From Clostridia bacterium (lineage in GTDB: Bacteria > Bacillota > Clostridia > UMGS1883 > UMGS1540), in assembly GCA_017436645.1 (NCBI GenBank), contig JAFSCR010000031.1, forward strand, positions 1,594 through 65,593: DNA of 64,000 bases, given 5' to 3'. A program made the translations under genes and the position numbers. Below the pieces are notes generated by a model that saw only the letters and a list, made by a program, of their open reading frames with translations, had not been told where the DNA came from and ran no database searches. Positions 29,250 through 38,300 of this stretch are shown here, one piece after another. Numbering within the stretch: the stretch's first letter is position 1; every line of letters starts with the position of its first letter.

Positions 29250-29942
29250 ATGAAGAGAGTATTTGAAAAGAACGAAACTTTATTTTGCATATTATTAATT
29301 TTATTATATCTTACTATTAACTCCTATTGCATTCAAAAACTCGGTTTAACGGATTATAGAAGTACAATTATTAACACCGTTTTATCTTTATTTTTAATTG
29401 TATTGATGGTTGTTTTAGGTAGGACAAAATATTATGGAATTACCAAAATTAAAAATGCAAAGAAATTTCTGTTCTTTATTCCTTTGATTTTTATACCGAC
29501 CGTAAATCTATGGAATGGAATTAATATAAATCATGCCAAAAATGAGATTATATTTTATATTCTCACCATGATAAACGTTGGATTTATTGAGGAAATTATT
29601 TTCAGAGGCTTTCTGTTCAGAATGATGGAAAAGGATAATGTAAAGGTTGCAATCATTGTCAATGCCATCACGTTTGGAATAGGGCACATCATTAACCTGT
29701 TAAATGGCGCAGCATTGATTCCAACATTCATGCAAATATGTTATGCAGTTTCAATAGGTTATTTGTTTGTTATTATTTTTTACAAAAGCAAATCGCTTAT
29801 CCCTTGTATAATAACACATTCTCTTATGAATGCACTTTCTGTTTTTAATGTTGATAATTCAATTTCAATGTATGTTGCACCTGTGTTTTTAACCGTAGTG
29901 CCGCTTCTTTTTGCGGCGTATATCAATAAGAAAGTGGTGTAA
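29250..29942 (+). CDS. CPBP family intramembrane glutamic endopeptidase (CAAX protease / Abi family)
   Basis: EExxxR motif (EEIIFRGF), FxxxH motif (FGIGHIINL), multiple TM helices. Very AT-rich. Confidence 0.75.
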   Translation: MKRVFEKNETLFCILLILLYLTINSYCIQKLGLTDYRSTIINTVLSLFLIVLMVVLGRTKYYGITKIKNAKKFLFFIPLIFIPTVNLWNGININHAKNEIIFYILTMINVGFIEEIIFRGFLFRMMEKDNVKVAIIVNAITFGIGHIINLLNGAALIPTFMQICYAVSIGYLFVIIFYKSKSLIPCIITHSLMNALSVFNVDNSISMYVAPVFLTVVPLLFAAYINKKVV

Positions 29943-29946
29943 AGTG

Positions 29947-30306
29947 ATGAAGAAATTATTTGCTTTTATCTGTTTACTCATTTCGCTTTTGCTTGTATTT
30001 GGCGGATGCTCGAAAGTGACGAACAAAAATGAAATAAGCTTTGAGAAGGAAGATGCCGAAAAGCTTTGTGCGGAGGTCCTGGGTGATTATGCGGAAGAAA
30101 CGGGTTTTCCGATTTCCTATAAGTGCATTGACAAAAAAACCGTGGACGGGAAGGAATACTATGTTATGCACATTACTTGGCTTGTAGATAATATGCACCA
30201 GTCCTATATTGGCAATGCATTTGTATCTACTGACGGGGAAGAGATATATGACGGCATTGTTTCGGGAGACGAATTTGAAATAACATCCCTTCGGTGGAAA
30301 AAATAA
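29947..30306 (+). CDS. Small secreted lipoprotein of unknown function
   Basis: Signal peptide with lipobox (LLVFGGCSK). Follows CPBP with a 4-nt gap. Confidence 0.55.
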   Translation: MKKLFAFICLLISLLLVFGGCSKVTNKNEISFEKEDAEKLCAEVLGDYAEETGFPISYKCIDKKTVDGKEYYVMHITWLVDNMHQSYIGNAFVSTDGEEIYDGIVSGDEFEITSLRWKK

Positions 30307-30336
30307 AAAGGACGAATATTTCGTCCTTTTTATTTT
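30306..30336 (+). terminator. Rho-independent terminator (AAAAAGGACGAA/TTCGTCCTTTTT)
   Basis: Perfect hairpin plus T-run after the lipoprotein gene. Confidence 0.7.
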
Positions 30337-30425
30337 GCCCGAATATATAAATATAGCGGCCAAATTGCTAAAGCCTTAAATGAAGATTCATGCTATATTA
30401 TAGACGAGTGAACAGGGGGGATAGC

Positions 30426-31514
30426 ATGTACGAGAGTAATTTTGAAATCTGTTCCCATTTTGATTATGATGGGACATATATAGGGTCACGCCCTTATGGG
30501 GAAGGACATATTAATTCCACATTTTTAATTGAAACTACAGGCAGACGCTATATTCTTCAGAAAATCAATACGGCTGTTTTTAAAGAGCATCAAAAGTTAA
30601 TTGAAAATATAGTGGCAGTGACGACACATCTGCACAGGCGCATTATTGCATCTTTGGGAGACCCGTACCGTGAAACTTTAACTTTGATTCCTGCAAAAGA
30701 TGGCAAATGGGTATACGAGGCGGCGAATGGTGATGTTTACAGAATGTATTTGTTTATCGATTTTGCCGTAAGTTATCAAAAGGTGGAAACGGCGGAAATG
30801 TTTTACAAAGTGGCAAAAGCATTCGGGCAGTTTCAAAATTATTTAAAAGATTTTCCGGCAGAAAAACTTTATGAAACCATCCCCGATTTCCATAACACGG
30901 TAGTTCGTTTTGCTCAATTTAAAGAGGCAATAGAAAAAGACGTGGTGGGGCGGCGAAAGATGGTGGAAGAAGAAATTCAATTTTTCCTCCAAAGAGAAAA
31001 GGACGCCTCTGTAATCCTTGATGCAGTAAATAAAGGGGAAGTGCCTTTGCGGGTTACCCATAACGATACAAAGCTTAATAATGTATTGATAGATGAGAAA
31101 ACAGGGGAGGGTATTTGTGTTATTGATTTGGACACGGTAATGCCGGGCTCCATGCTTTATGATTTTGGCGATGCTATTCGTTTTGGCGCAAGCACCGCCA
31201 AAGAAGATGAACAGGACCTTTCTTTGGTTTCCGTAAGCCTGTCTCTGTTTGAGGCGTTTACAAAAGGATATATGGAAAAGCTGGGCGACAGTATGACAAA
31301 GAAAGAAACAGAACTTCTGGCGTTCTCTGCAAAGCTTATGACCCTTGAATGCGGCATCCGTTTTCTTACGGACTACTTAAATGGAGATATCTATTTTCGG
31401 ATTCATCGGGAAAATCATAATCTTGACAGGGCAAGAACACATATCAAACTCATTCGGGATATGGAAGATAAAATGGATGAAATGAACAAAATTGTGTATA
31501 AGTATTCTGATTGA
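30426..31514 (+). CDS. N-acetylhexosamine 1-kinase family (NahK/AmgK-type anomeric amino-sugar kinase, APH fold)
   Basis: Extended colinear similarity to Bifidobacterium NahK as recalled from memory: YILQKINT, VTHNDTKLNNVLIDEKTG, IDLDTVMPGSMLYDFGDAIRFGAS, LECGIRFLTDYLNGDIYF. Brenner motif HNDTKLNN and DLD metal motif present. RBS GGGGGGA. Confidence 0.75.
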   Translation: MYESNFEICSHFDYDGTYIGSRPYGEGHINSTFLIETTGRRYILQKINTAVFKEHQKLIENIVAVTTHLHRRIIASLGDPYRETLTLIPAKDGKWVYEAANGDVYRMYLFIDFAVSYQKVETAEMFYKVAKAFGQFQNYLKDFPAEKLYETIPDFHNTVVRFAQFKEAIEKDVVGRRKMVEEEIQFFLQREKDASVILDAVNKGEVPLRVTHNDTKLNNVLIDEKTGEGICVIDLDTVMPGSMLYDFGDAIRFGASTAKEDEQDLSLVSVSLSLFEAFTKGYMEKLGDSMTKKETELLAFSAKLMTLECGIRFLTDYLNGDIYFRIHRENHNLDRARTHIKLIRDMEDKMDEMNKIVYKYSD

Positions 31515-31531
31515 TGAAGGAGTAAACTACA

Positions 31532-32410
31532 ATGGTTTTAGGAATTGACATCGGCGGTACTTTCATTAAATTCGGCGTGATTGCCGGAGGGGAAATGCTT
31601 TATCAGTCAAAAATCCCAACCGGAAACGGAACTTGCGTAAGCCTTCTTGACAATATATGTATGGAATGCGAGAGAATCAGGGACAAGTATCCTTTCAAAA
31701 GGGTGGGGGTGGGTGTACCCGGTGTTATGAATAACGGCCTTCTTACGGCAACAAACTTGCCTTTTAAAAACACACCCCTTAGAAAGGAACTTGAAAACCG
31801 CCTGTACCTTCCGGTTCGTGTAGAAAATGATGCTAATTGTGCCGCCCTTGGAGAAGCCGTTTGCGGCAAAGGAAAAGCATATCACAATATGATACTTGTC
31901 ACCCTCGGTACCGGTATTGGCGGCGGCGTGATTGTAGATAAAAAGATTCTTTCCGGCCGTGGCGGTGCAGGGGAGATTGGCCATATGATTATCCAGTCGG
32001 AAAATGGGATTTTATGCCCCTGCGGCCAAAAGGGATGCTGGGAACAGTATGCTTCGGCAGGGGCCTTTGTAAGACAGGCAGAAGAAGCTGCAAAAGATAA
32101 CCCTGAAAGCATCCTTGGCAGGATAATAAAAAAAGAAGGAAGCTTAAACGGACATCTGGTTTTTGAAGCAGTAGGGGCGGATTGCCCGGTAGCCCTTCAT
32201 GTGTTTGATACATATCTTACCTATTTATCAATTGGGCTTAAGAGCCTTAAAAATATTTTCGATCCGGAAATCATTTTGCTTTCAGGAGGGATTACGGGTC
32301 AGGGGGATGCGCTTTTAATGCCTTTGAATCAAAAACTTGGGAATCTTGTTCGTGTTGAGATTGCGACGCTGCAAAATGATGCCGGCGTATTCGGTGCGGC
32401 AAACTTATAA
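31532..32410 (+). CDS. ROK family sugar kinase (glucokinase / N-acetylglucosamine kinase-like)
   Basis: N-terminal GIDIGGT, ROK zinc motif CPCGQKGCWEQYAS. Confidence 0.8.
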   Translation: MVLGIDIGGTFIKFGVIAGGEMLYQSKIPTGNGTCVSLLDNICMECERIRDKYPFKRVGVGVPGVMNNGLLTATNLPFKNTPLRKELENRLYLPVRVENDANCAALGEAVCGKGKAYHNMILVTLGTGIGGGVIVDKKILSGRGGAGEIGHMIIQSENGILCPCGQKGCWEQYASAGAFVRQAEEAAKDNPESILGRIIKKEGSLNGHLVFEAVGADCPVALHVFDTYLTYLSIGLKSLKNIFDPEIILLSGGITGQGDALLMPLNQKLGNLVRVEIATLQNDAGVFGAANL

Positions 32411-32422
32411 AGGAGGGATACA

Positions 32423-33484
32423 GTGCTTTATAAAAATTGTAGAGTCAACGGCGAAACAGTAGATATTGAAACAAAAGACGGCGTGATTACCGCAGTCGGA
32501 AACATAGAGGGCGAAGGGGTGGACCTTGAAAACCAAAAGGTTTATCCCGGACTATTTGACATCCACACCCACGGCGTTTACGGGTTTGACACAATGGATG
32601 GAAATCACCTTTCGGAAATGGCGGATTTTCTTGCCAAAAACGGAACGACATCTTTTCTCCCCACCACGATGACTATGGCGGTTGAGGATATTGAAAATGT
32701 TACCAATCAAAAACTTCCCCGCCCTTTTGGCGCAAACATTGCAGGTTTTCATGTAGAAGGCCCCTTTATAAATAAAAAATATAAAGGCGCACAAAATGAA
32801 AAACATATTAAAGCGCCTGATTTGGAAATGTTTAAAGCACTGAAAAATATAAAAATGGTCACGTTGGCCCCTGAACTTGACGGTGCGATGGAGTTTATTA
32901 AAAACTGCGACGAAGTTGTATCTCTCGGTCATACGGATGCTTCCTATAACTGCGCTTTATCGGCCATAGAAAACGGCGCCTTGTGTATTACACACACCTT
33001 TAATGCGATGGCGCCGCTGCATCACAGAGAACCGGGCGCAATCGGTGCGGCAATTGATAAAGGCATATATGTGCAGGTAATCGCAGACGGGGTGCATCTT
33101 CATCCTTCCATTGTCCGCATGCTTTATAAGCTTTTCGGAAAAGAGCGGATGATTTTAATTAGCGATTCCATGTGCGCCACAGGGCTTTCGGACGGAGAAT
33201 ATACCTTAGGCGGACAGCCGATTCGGGTGGAAAATGCCGTGGCAAAAACAGCTTCCGGCGCCATTGCCGGCAGTACCTCTGTGCTTCTGGATTGTGTTAA
33301 AAAAGCAATTGAATTCGGTATTCCTGAAGAAGATGCCTTTTATATGGCTTCAAAAACACCTGCAAAGCTGCTTGGAATGAAAAAAGGAAAAATCGAGGTA
33401 GGATATGATGCGGAATTTATTGCTGTTGATGAAAAGCTGCATTTGAAAAACTGTATAATACGAGGAGAAATAATAAAACTGTAG
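32423..33484 (+). CDS. nagA: N-acetylglucosamine-6-phosphate deacetylase
   Basis: NagA N-terminal metal-binding FDIHTHG. Length, and gene order after the amino-sugar kinases. GTG start with RBS AAGGAGGG. Confidence 0.8.
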   Translation: MLYKNCRVNGETVDIETKDGVITAVGNIEGEGVDLENQKVYPGLFDIHTHGVYGFDTMDGNHLSEMADFLAKNGTTSFLPTTMTMAVEDIENVTNQKLPRPFGANIAGFHVEGPFINKKYKGAQNEKHIKAPDLEMFKALKNIKMVTLAPELDGAMEFIKNCDEVVSLGHTDASYNCALSAIENGALCITHTFNAMAPLHHREPGAIGAAIDKGIYVQVIADGVHLHPSIVRMLYKLFGKERMILISDSMCATGLSDGEYTLGGQPIRVENAVAKTASGAIAGSTSVLLDCVKKAIEFGIPEEDAFYMASKTPAKLLGMKKGKIEVGYDAEFIAVDEKLHLKNCIIRGEIIKL

Positions 33485-33505
33485 GCAATAAGCCTACAGT
33501 TTTTA
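33479..33505. terminator. Bidirectional terminator hairpin (CTGTAGGC/GCCTACAG plus T-run)
   Basis: Inverted repeat between the convergent nagA and AraC genes. Confidence 0.65.
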
Positions 33506-34414
33506 TTTGGATAAAAACGATTGTGTATCCTCTTCAAATACAACCTTTACTGACCGACCGTATTCCGTAGGGGACATTCCTTCAATTTGTTTAAATCTTC
33601 GGGAGAAAAGGTGTATGGTGTCAAAACCAAGATGGGATGCAATTTGTGAAATGTTATAATTTCCTTCCCGTATCATAGTTTTTGCGACGGCAAATTTCAT
33701 TTTGGTAAAGTGGGTCATAACGCCTTCGCCGACTTGTTCTTTAAAGAGCGTTTTAAGCGTGGTGGGACTGGTATTTGCCGCTTTTGTAATATCAGAAAAA
33801 GTGAGCTTTTCACAAATGTTTTCTTGCAGAAAAGACAGAACATTCCCAAGTAAATCCTGATCCGGCCCCTGTTTTAGCGTGCTGCTTATCCGGCGGATGC
33901 CGTCAAAATTGCGGTGGAGTGAAATCAGAAGATGCTCAAGGGAAAGAGAAATCATTTGTTCTGAACCGAGAGATTCTTCTTTTCTTCTCTCGAGCTTTTC
34001 GAGAAAGGTGTTATCAAGAGGTGAGGAAAAACTACGGGTAGCTTCTTTGACAATCGTTGCCAGAAGATGCTTTTCAATATCGGAAATTGGCAGGATTCTT
34101 TTCCTGAAAAAATCCATAGCGGGAGATTTACAGCTGAAGGATATAATCACAAGATTCGGTGCAACGATGCCGTTTGCTCTGAGATTATGGTATTCATTTG
34201 GCTGGTGGAAAACAGCATGCCCTTGCGAGAGAACGTGTTTTTCATCCCCCATATCTATTTCGATTTCGCCTTTATCAACATATACAATTTCCCAAAAATC
34301 ATGGGATTCGCCTTTGAAGGCGTAATTCTTTTCGTATTCAAAATAGTGTACGGTATATATGTCGCTAATATTAAAAATACGCCTGAGGCGTGTGGGCTTA
34401 TACTGTTTTTTCAT
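33503..34414 (-). CDS. AraC family transcriptional regulator (cupin sensor + HTH)
   Basis: C-terminal AraC HTH (…ISQIASHLGFDTIHLFSRRFKQIEGMSPTEY). Start set at MKKQ with RBS GAGGTGA. Confidence 0.8.
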   Translation of the reverse strand: MKKQYKPTRLRRIFNISDIYTVHYFEYEKNYAFKGESHDFWEIVYVDKGEIEIDMGDEKHVLSQGHAVFHQPNEYHNLRANGIVAPNLVIISFSCKSPAMDFFRKRILPISDIEKHLLATIVKEATRSFSSPLDNTFLEKLERRKEESLGSEQMISLSLEHLLISLHRNFDGIRRISSTLKQGPDQDLLGNVLSFLQENICEKLTFSDITKAANTSPTTLKTLFKEQVGEGVMTHFTKMKFAVAKTMIREGNYNISQIASHLGFDTIHLFSRRFKQIEGMSPTEYGRSVKVVFEEDTQSFLSK

Positions 34415-34551
34415 ATCATCACCTCGTATGTTTATTATAACATAATACGGGTTTTGATACAATAAAAACTTTAAAGGCTTGAATTATTCAATAAGATGGT
34501 GTATAATAAAAAAAGTTTGATGGAATGCTTTGATTCCCTTGGGAGGAACTT

Positions 34552-35682
34552 ATGTTTACATTACTGAAAAAAGAGAATAGAGCAAGACGAGGCACATTCC
34601 AAACGGTGCACGGCACAGTGCAGACCCCCGTTTTCATGAACGTTGCCACATCTGCCGCAATTAAAGGCGGGATTGCCAGCGAAGACTTAGAACGTGTACG
34701 GTGTCAGGTTGCGCTTTGTAATACATACCATCTTCACGTCCGTCCCGGTGATGAAGTCGTTCGGGATATGGGCGGTCTCCATTCTTTTATGGACTGGAAG
34801 GGGCCGATTTTAACGGATAGCGGCGGCTTTCAGGTTTTTTCTCTGGCGCAATTACGGAGCATTAAGGAGGAAGGCGTATATTTCCAGTCCCATATTGACG
34901 GCAAGCGCATTTTTATGGGCCCTGAGGAAAGTATGCAGATTCAGTCAAACCTCGCTTCCACCATCGCCATGGCCTTTGACGAATGTGTTGAAAATCCGTC
35001 TCCTTACGACTATACGAAAAAGTCCACCGAGCGTACTACAAGATGGCTTGTCCGTTGCAAGGAAAAAATGGATAAGCTCAACGCTAAAGAAGATACAATT
35101 AACAAAAAACAGCTTCTTTTTGGTATAAATCAGGGCGGCACCTATGATGATTTGCGAGTTGCACACATGAAGGAAATTGCAAAACTTGACCTTCCCGGTT
35201 ATGCCATCGGCGGTCTTGCTGTAGGGGAGAGCCACGAGGAAATGTATCGCATCATTGATGCGGTGGAACCCTTTATGCCCGAGGACCGTCCGAGATACCT
35301 TATGGGCGTAGGTACGCCTGCCAATATCTTAGAAGGTGTAAGGCGTGGGATTGACTTTTTTGACTGTGTTATGCCAAGCCGTAATGCACGTCATGGGTAT
35401 ATGTTCACAAATTATGGCATTATAAATCTCAATAATGCTAAGTATATGCGAGATCCGCTTCCTATCGAGGAAGGGTGCATGTGTCCTGCTTGCCAAAGAT
35501 ACTCCCGTGCCTATATCCGTCACCTTTTGAAGGCAGGCGAAATGCTGGGTATGCGGCTTTGTGTTCTCCACAACCTGTATTTTTATAATCATCTGATGGA
35601 AGAAATTCGTCTCGCACTTGATGAGGGCAGATTTGAAGCGTTCTTCAATGAGAAAATTGAAATGGTAACAAAAAGATTATAA
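34552..35682 (+). CDS. tgt: Queuine tRNA-ribosyltransferase (tRNA-guanine transglycosylase)
   Basis: TVHGTVQTPVFM, DSGGFQ, zinc site CMCPACQRYSRAYIRHL. Confidence 0.9.
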   Translation: MFTLLKKENRARRGTFQTVHGTVQTPVFMNVATSAAIKGGIASEDLERVRCQVALCNTYHLHVRPGDEVVRDMGGLHSFMDWKGPILTDSGGFQVFSLAQLRSIKEEGVYFQSHIDGKRIFMGPEESMQIQSNLASTIAMAFDECVENPSPYDYTKKSTERTTRWLVRCKEKMDKLNAKEDTINKKQLLFGINQGGTYDDLRVAHMKEIAKLDLPGYAIGGLAVGESHEEMYRIIDAVEPFMPEDRPRYLMGVGTPANILEGVRRGIDFFDCVMPSRNARHGYMFTNYGIINLNNAKYMRDPLPIEEGCMCPACQRYSRAYIRHLLKAGEMLGMRLCVLHNLYFYNHLMEEIRLALDEGRFEAFFNEKIEMVTKRL

Positions 35683-35714
35683 AAAAGCGGGAGCCGTTTG
35701 GCTCCCGTTTTTTA
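35681..35714. terminator. Bidirectional terminator (AAAAAAGCGGGAGCC/GGCTCCCGTTTTTT)
   Basis: Palindrome with flanking A-run and T-run between the convergent tgt and GH39 genes. Confidence 0.75.
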
Positions 35715-37016
35715 TCTTGATTCAATCAGAACAACTGCATTCGGCCGAAGGATAAGGTTTATTGTATTGTCTTCCGTTTTCAAAATGCTTTCTTCGTTAT
35801 GTGTTTCATCCAGAAGAAAAACCTCGTGGCACCCTTTGGGGAGCTTCACTTCAAATTCCTGCATATCATCCGAGTAATGGGTGATGAGGGTATAAATGCC
35901 GTCTTCGCCTTTGGCCCCCACAGTGTATACTTTATCCACTTCGCTCAGAACTTCAATTTGCGTGCCTGCATTATAAAGCTTCTTGAACATATGGAAGGCG
36001 TAATAGGTCTTGCGAGGACGGAGAGTATAAAAATCAAAGGCGCCGTTAAAAGAACAGAGCCGAAAATCATAGTACATCAGCATATCCAAAGGGACACTCT
36101 GGCAAACGGACATAACCGCTGCTGTAAAAGCTGCACCTTTCATGCCGATAATCGTTTCGATACTGTAAGTCAGGAAGTCACCTGACCACCCTCTCACATA
36201 GTTCCATTCATTCAGGATGGATTCTGTATCATAAAACCCTTGTGCATCAAGCTTTTGGCGCATAAGAATCACGCTGTCTGAAAAATATTCCGGGTCCCTT
36301 CCGTACAGATGCCAGGAGAAGAAATCAAGGGGCGCATTGGCTTCTTTCACCTTTTTTAGGAATGTTTCAATCCATGGCTCGCGAAATGGGTTTGAAACAG
36401 AAGGGCCACCGATTTTAAGATGGGGAAAGCACGCTTTCAGGTGCTTTGCCGCAATGATGTAAAATTCGAAAAACTCTTCTGCCGTGCCGCCCCAGCAACG
36501 TTTGCTTGGAGAATCATCTTTGTCAAGCTCAGGCTCGTTCCAGATTTCCCAATATGCAATATCCATGTGAAATCCGTTTGCCCAGCCTTCTGTGTAGTGC
36601 CTTATGATATGTTCGCATATAACGGCCCATTTTTCAAAGTCGGGAGGGGGGAGCGTGCCGTATTTTTTTACGCCGTGCTCAATTTTGGAACCGAGGCGAT
36701 AAAATACCTTTGTGCCGGCTTTCTCAATGGTCTGAAGATAGTTGTCGGTTACGGGAAAGTCGTAAGATTCCGGCGAATAGGGGTCTTTGGAAAAATCGGG
36801 GAAAATAGCATGCACGTCAACGGTATGCTCGCCACCATAGTTTGAAGAAAAGGCAGCATCGTGATTTCTGGCATAGGGAATCTCAAGGGCGGCATAGTCT
36901 TTTAAAGAGCTTCGTGCCTGTGCACCTTCTTTGTGAAATGGCCCGTTGTTTACGGCATTCATAGGTTTGATTTTACCAAGTACGGTTTCCGGATTTACAA
37001 TAACTGCTTTCATCAT
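35712..37016 (-). CDS. Glycoside hydrolase family 39 protein (beta-xylosidase-like), cytoplasmic
   Basis: Acid/base motif WEIWNEP and nucleophile region LNEWN, as in GH39 XynB. No signal peptide. Confidence 0.65.
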   Translation of the reverse strand: MMKAVIVNPETVLGKIKPMNAVNNGPFHKEGAQARSSLKDYAALEIPYARNHDAAFSSNYGGEHTVDVHAIFPDFSKDPYSPESYDFPVTDNYLQTIEKAGTKVFYRLGSKIEHGVKKYGTLPPPDFEKWAVICEHIIRHYTEGWANGFHMDIAYWEIWNEPELDKDDSPSKRCWGGTAEEFFEFYIIAAKHLKACFPHLKIGGPSVSNPFREPWIETFLKKVKEANAPLDFFSWHLYGRDPEYFSDSVILMRQKLDAQGFYDTESILNEWNYVRGWSGDFLTYSIETIIGMKGAAFTAAVMSVCQSVPLDMLMYYDFRLCSFNGAFDFYTLRPRKTYYAFHMFKKLYNAGTQIEVLSEVDKVYTVGAKGEDGIYTLITHYSDDMQEFEVKLPKGCHEVFLLDETHNEESILKTEDNTINLILRPNAVVLIESR

Positions 37017-37179
37017 TATAGCTCCTCTGTTTTAACTTATTTAAAGCTTTTTTGGGCTTATAAAAGTGTCTTTAAGGGTTATTATAGCAAAAGAAAATAA
37101 AAATGTCAAAAAAATTTGTAAAAATACTGGATTTTTCCCTTTTATGGGTGTATAATCTTAAAATAAGAATAAAGAAAGG

Positions 37180-38253
37180 ATGATTTTAGTGAATATTCAA
37201 ATTACAAAAACAACATCCCCCAAGGCAAAGCCGGACCAGTCCAATCTTGGTTTCGGTAAAGTCTTTACGGACCACATGTTTGTTATGGATTATACGGAAG
37301 GCAAGGGCTGGCATGATGCAAGAATCGTTCCTTACCAGAACATTTCTCTCGCTCCCAGCGCCATGGTTTTCCATTACGGGCAGGAAATGTTTGAAGGGCT
37401 TAAGGCTTACAACGGGGAAGATGGTAAGGTATACCTGTTCCGTCCTGACCAGAACGCAAAGCGTACAAACAAAACCAACGAACGTCTTTGCATTCCCGAG
37501 CTTCCCGAAGAATATTTCGTAGAAGCAATTAAAGCGGTTGTGGCCATTGATAAGGACTGGATTCCCACAGCCCCCGGCACATCTCTCTACATCCGTCCCT
37601 TCATTATTGCAACGGACGAATTTTTAGGTGTTGCACCTTCCAAAACATATAAGTTTATGGTTATTCTTTCGCCCAGCGGTGCTTACTATAAGTCCGGTCT
37701 TGCACCTGTCGGCATCTGGATTGAGGACGAATATGTCCGTGCAGTCCGTGGCGGCATGGGCTTTGCAAAAACCGGCGGCAACTACGCTGCCAGCCTTGCG
37801 GGTCAGGAAAAAGCACATAATGACGGTTACTCTCAGGTTCTCTGGCTTGACGGTGTGGAAAGAAAGTACATCGAAGAAGTTGGCGCTATGAACATCTTCT
37901 TTAAGATTAGCGGTAAAATTGTAACACCGATGCTCAACGGCAGTATTCTTCCCGGTATTACACGCCGCTCCGTAATTGAACTTTGCAAGTCTTGGGGCAT
38001 GGATGTGGAAGAAAGAAAGATTTCCGTTGATGAACTGATTGAAGCATTCCAAAACGGTACCATGGAAGAAGTATTCGGCACAGGTACTGCCGCTGTTATT
38101 TCTCCCGTTGGTAAGCTTCGTTATAAGGATGAAGTATTCACCGTTGGTGATGGCTCCATCGGCGAAACCAGTCAGAAGATTTATGATGCAATCACAGGCA
38201 TCCAGACAGGAAAACTTGAGGATACCTTCGGCTGGAGAGTTGAAGTTAAATAA
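37180..38253 (+). CDS. ilvE: Branched-chain amino acid aminotransferase
   Basis: Near colinear match to class IV BCAT (GFGKVFTDHMFVMDY…GGMGFAKTGGNYAASL…FGTGTAAVISPVG). Start could instead be the GTG 9 nt downstream. Confidence 0.9.
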   Translation: MILVNIQITKTTSPKAKPDQSNLGFGKVFTDHMFVMDYTEGKGWHDARIVPYQNISLAPSAMVFHYGQEMFEGLKAYNGEDGKVYLFRPDQNAKRTNKTNERLCIPELPEEYFVEAIKAVVAIDKDWIPTAPGTSLYIRPFIIATDEFLGVAPSKTYKFMVILSPSGAYYKSGLAPVGIWIEDEYVRAVRGGMGFAKTGGNYAASLAGQEKAHNDGYSQVLWLDGVERKYIEEVGAMNIFFKISGKIVTPMLNGSILPGITRRSVIELCKSWGMDVEERKISVDELIEAFQNGTMEEVFGTGTAAVISPVGKLRYKDEVFTVGDGSIGETSQKIYDAITGIQTGKLEDTFGWRVEVK

Positions 38254-38265
38254 TCAAACCAATAA

Positions 38266-38300
38266 GAAAGGCACACTCGAAGAGTGTGCCTTATTTTATT
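38266..38300. terminator. Terminator hairpin (AAAGGCACACTC/GAGTGTGCCTT)
   Basis: Inverted repeat plus T-rich tail between the convergent ilvE and M42 genes. Confidence 0.65.
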
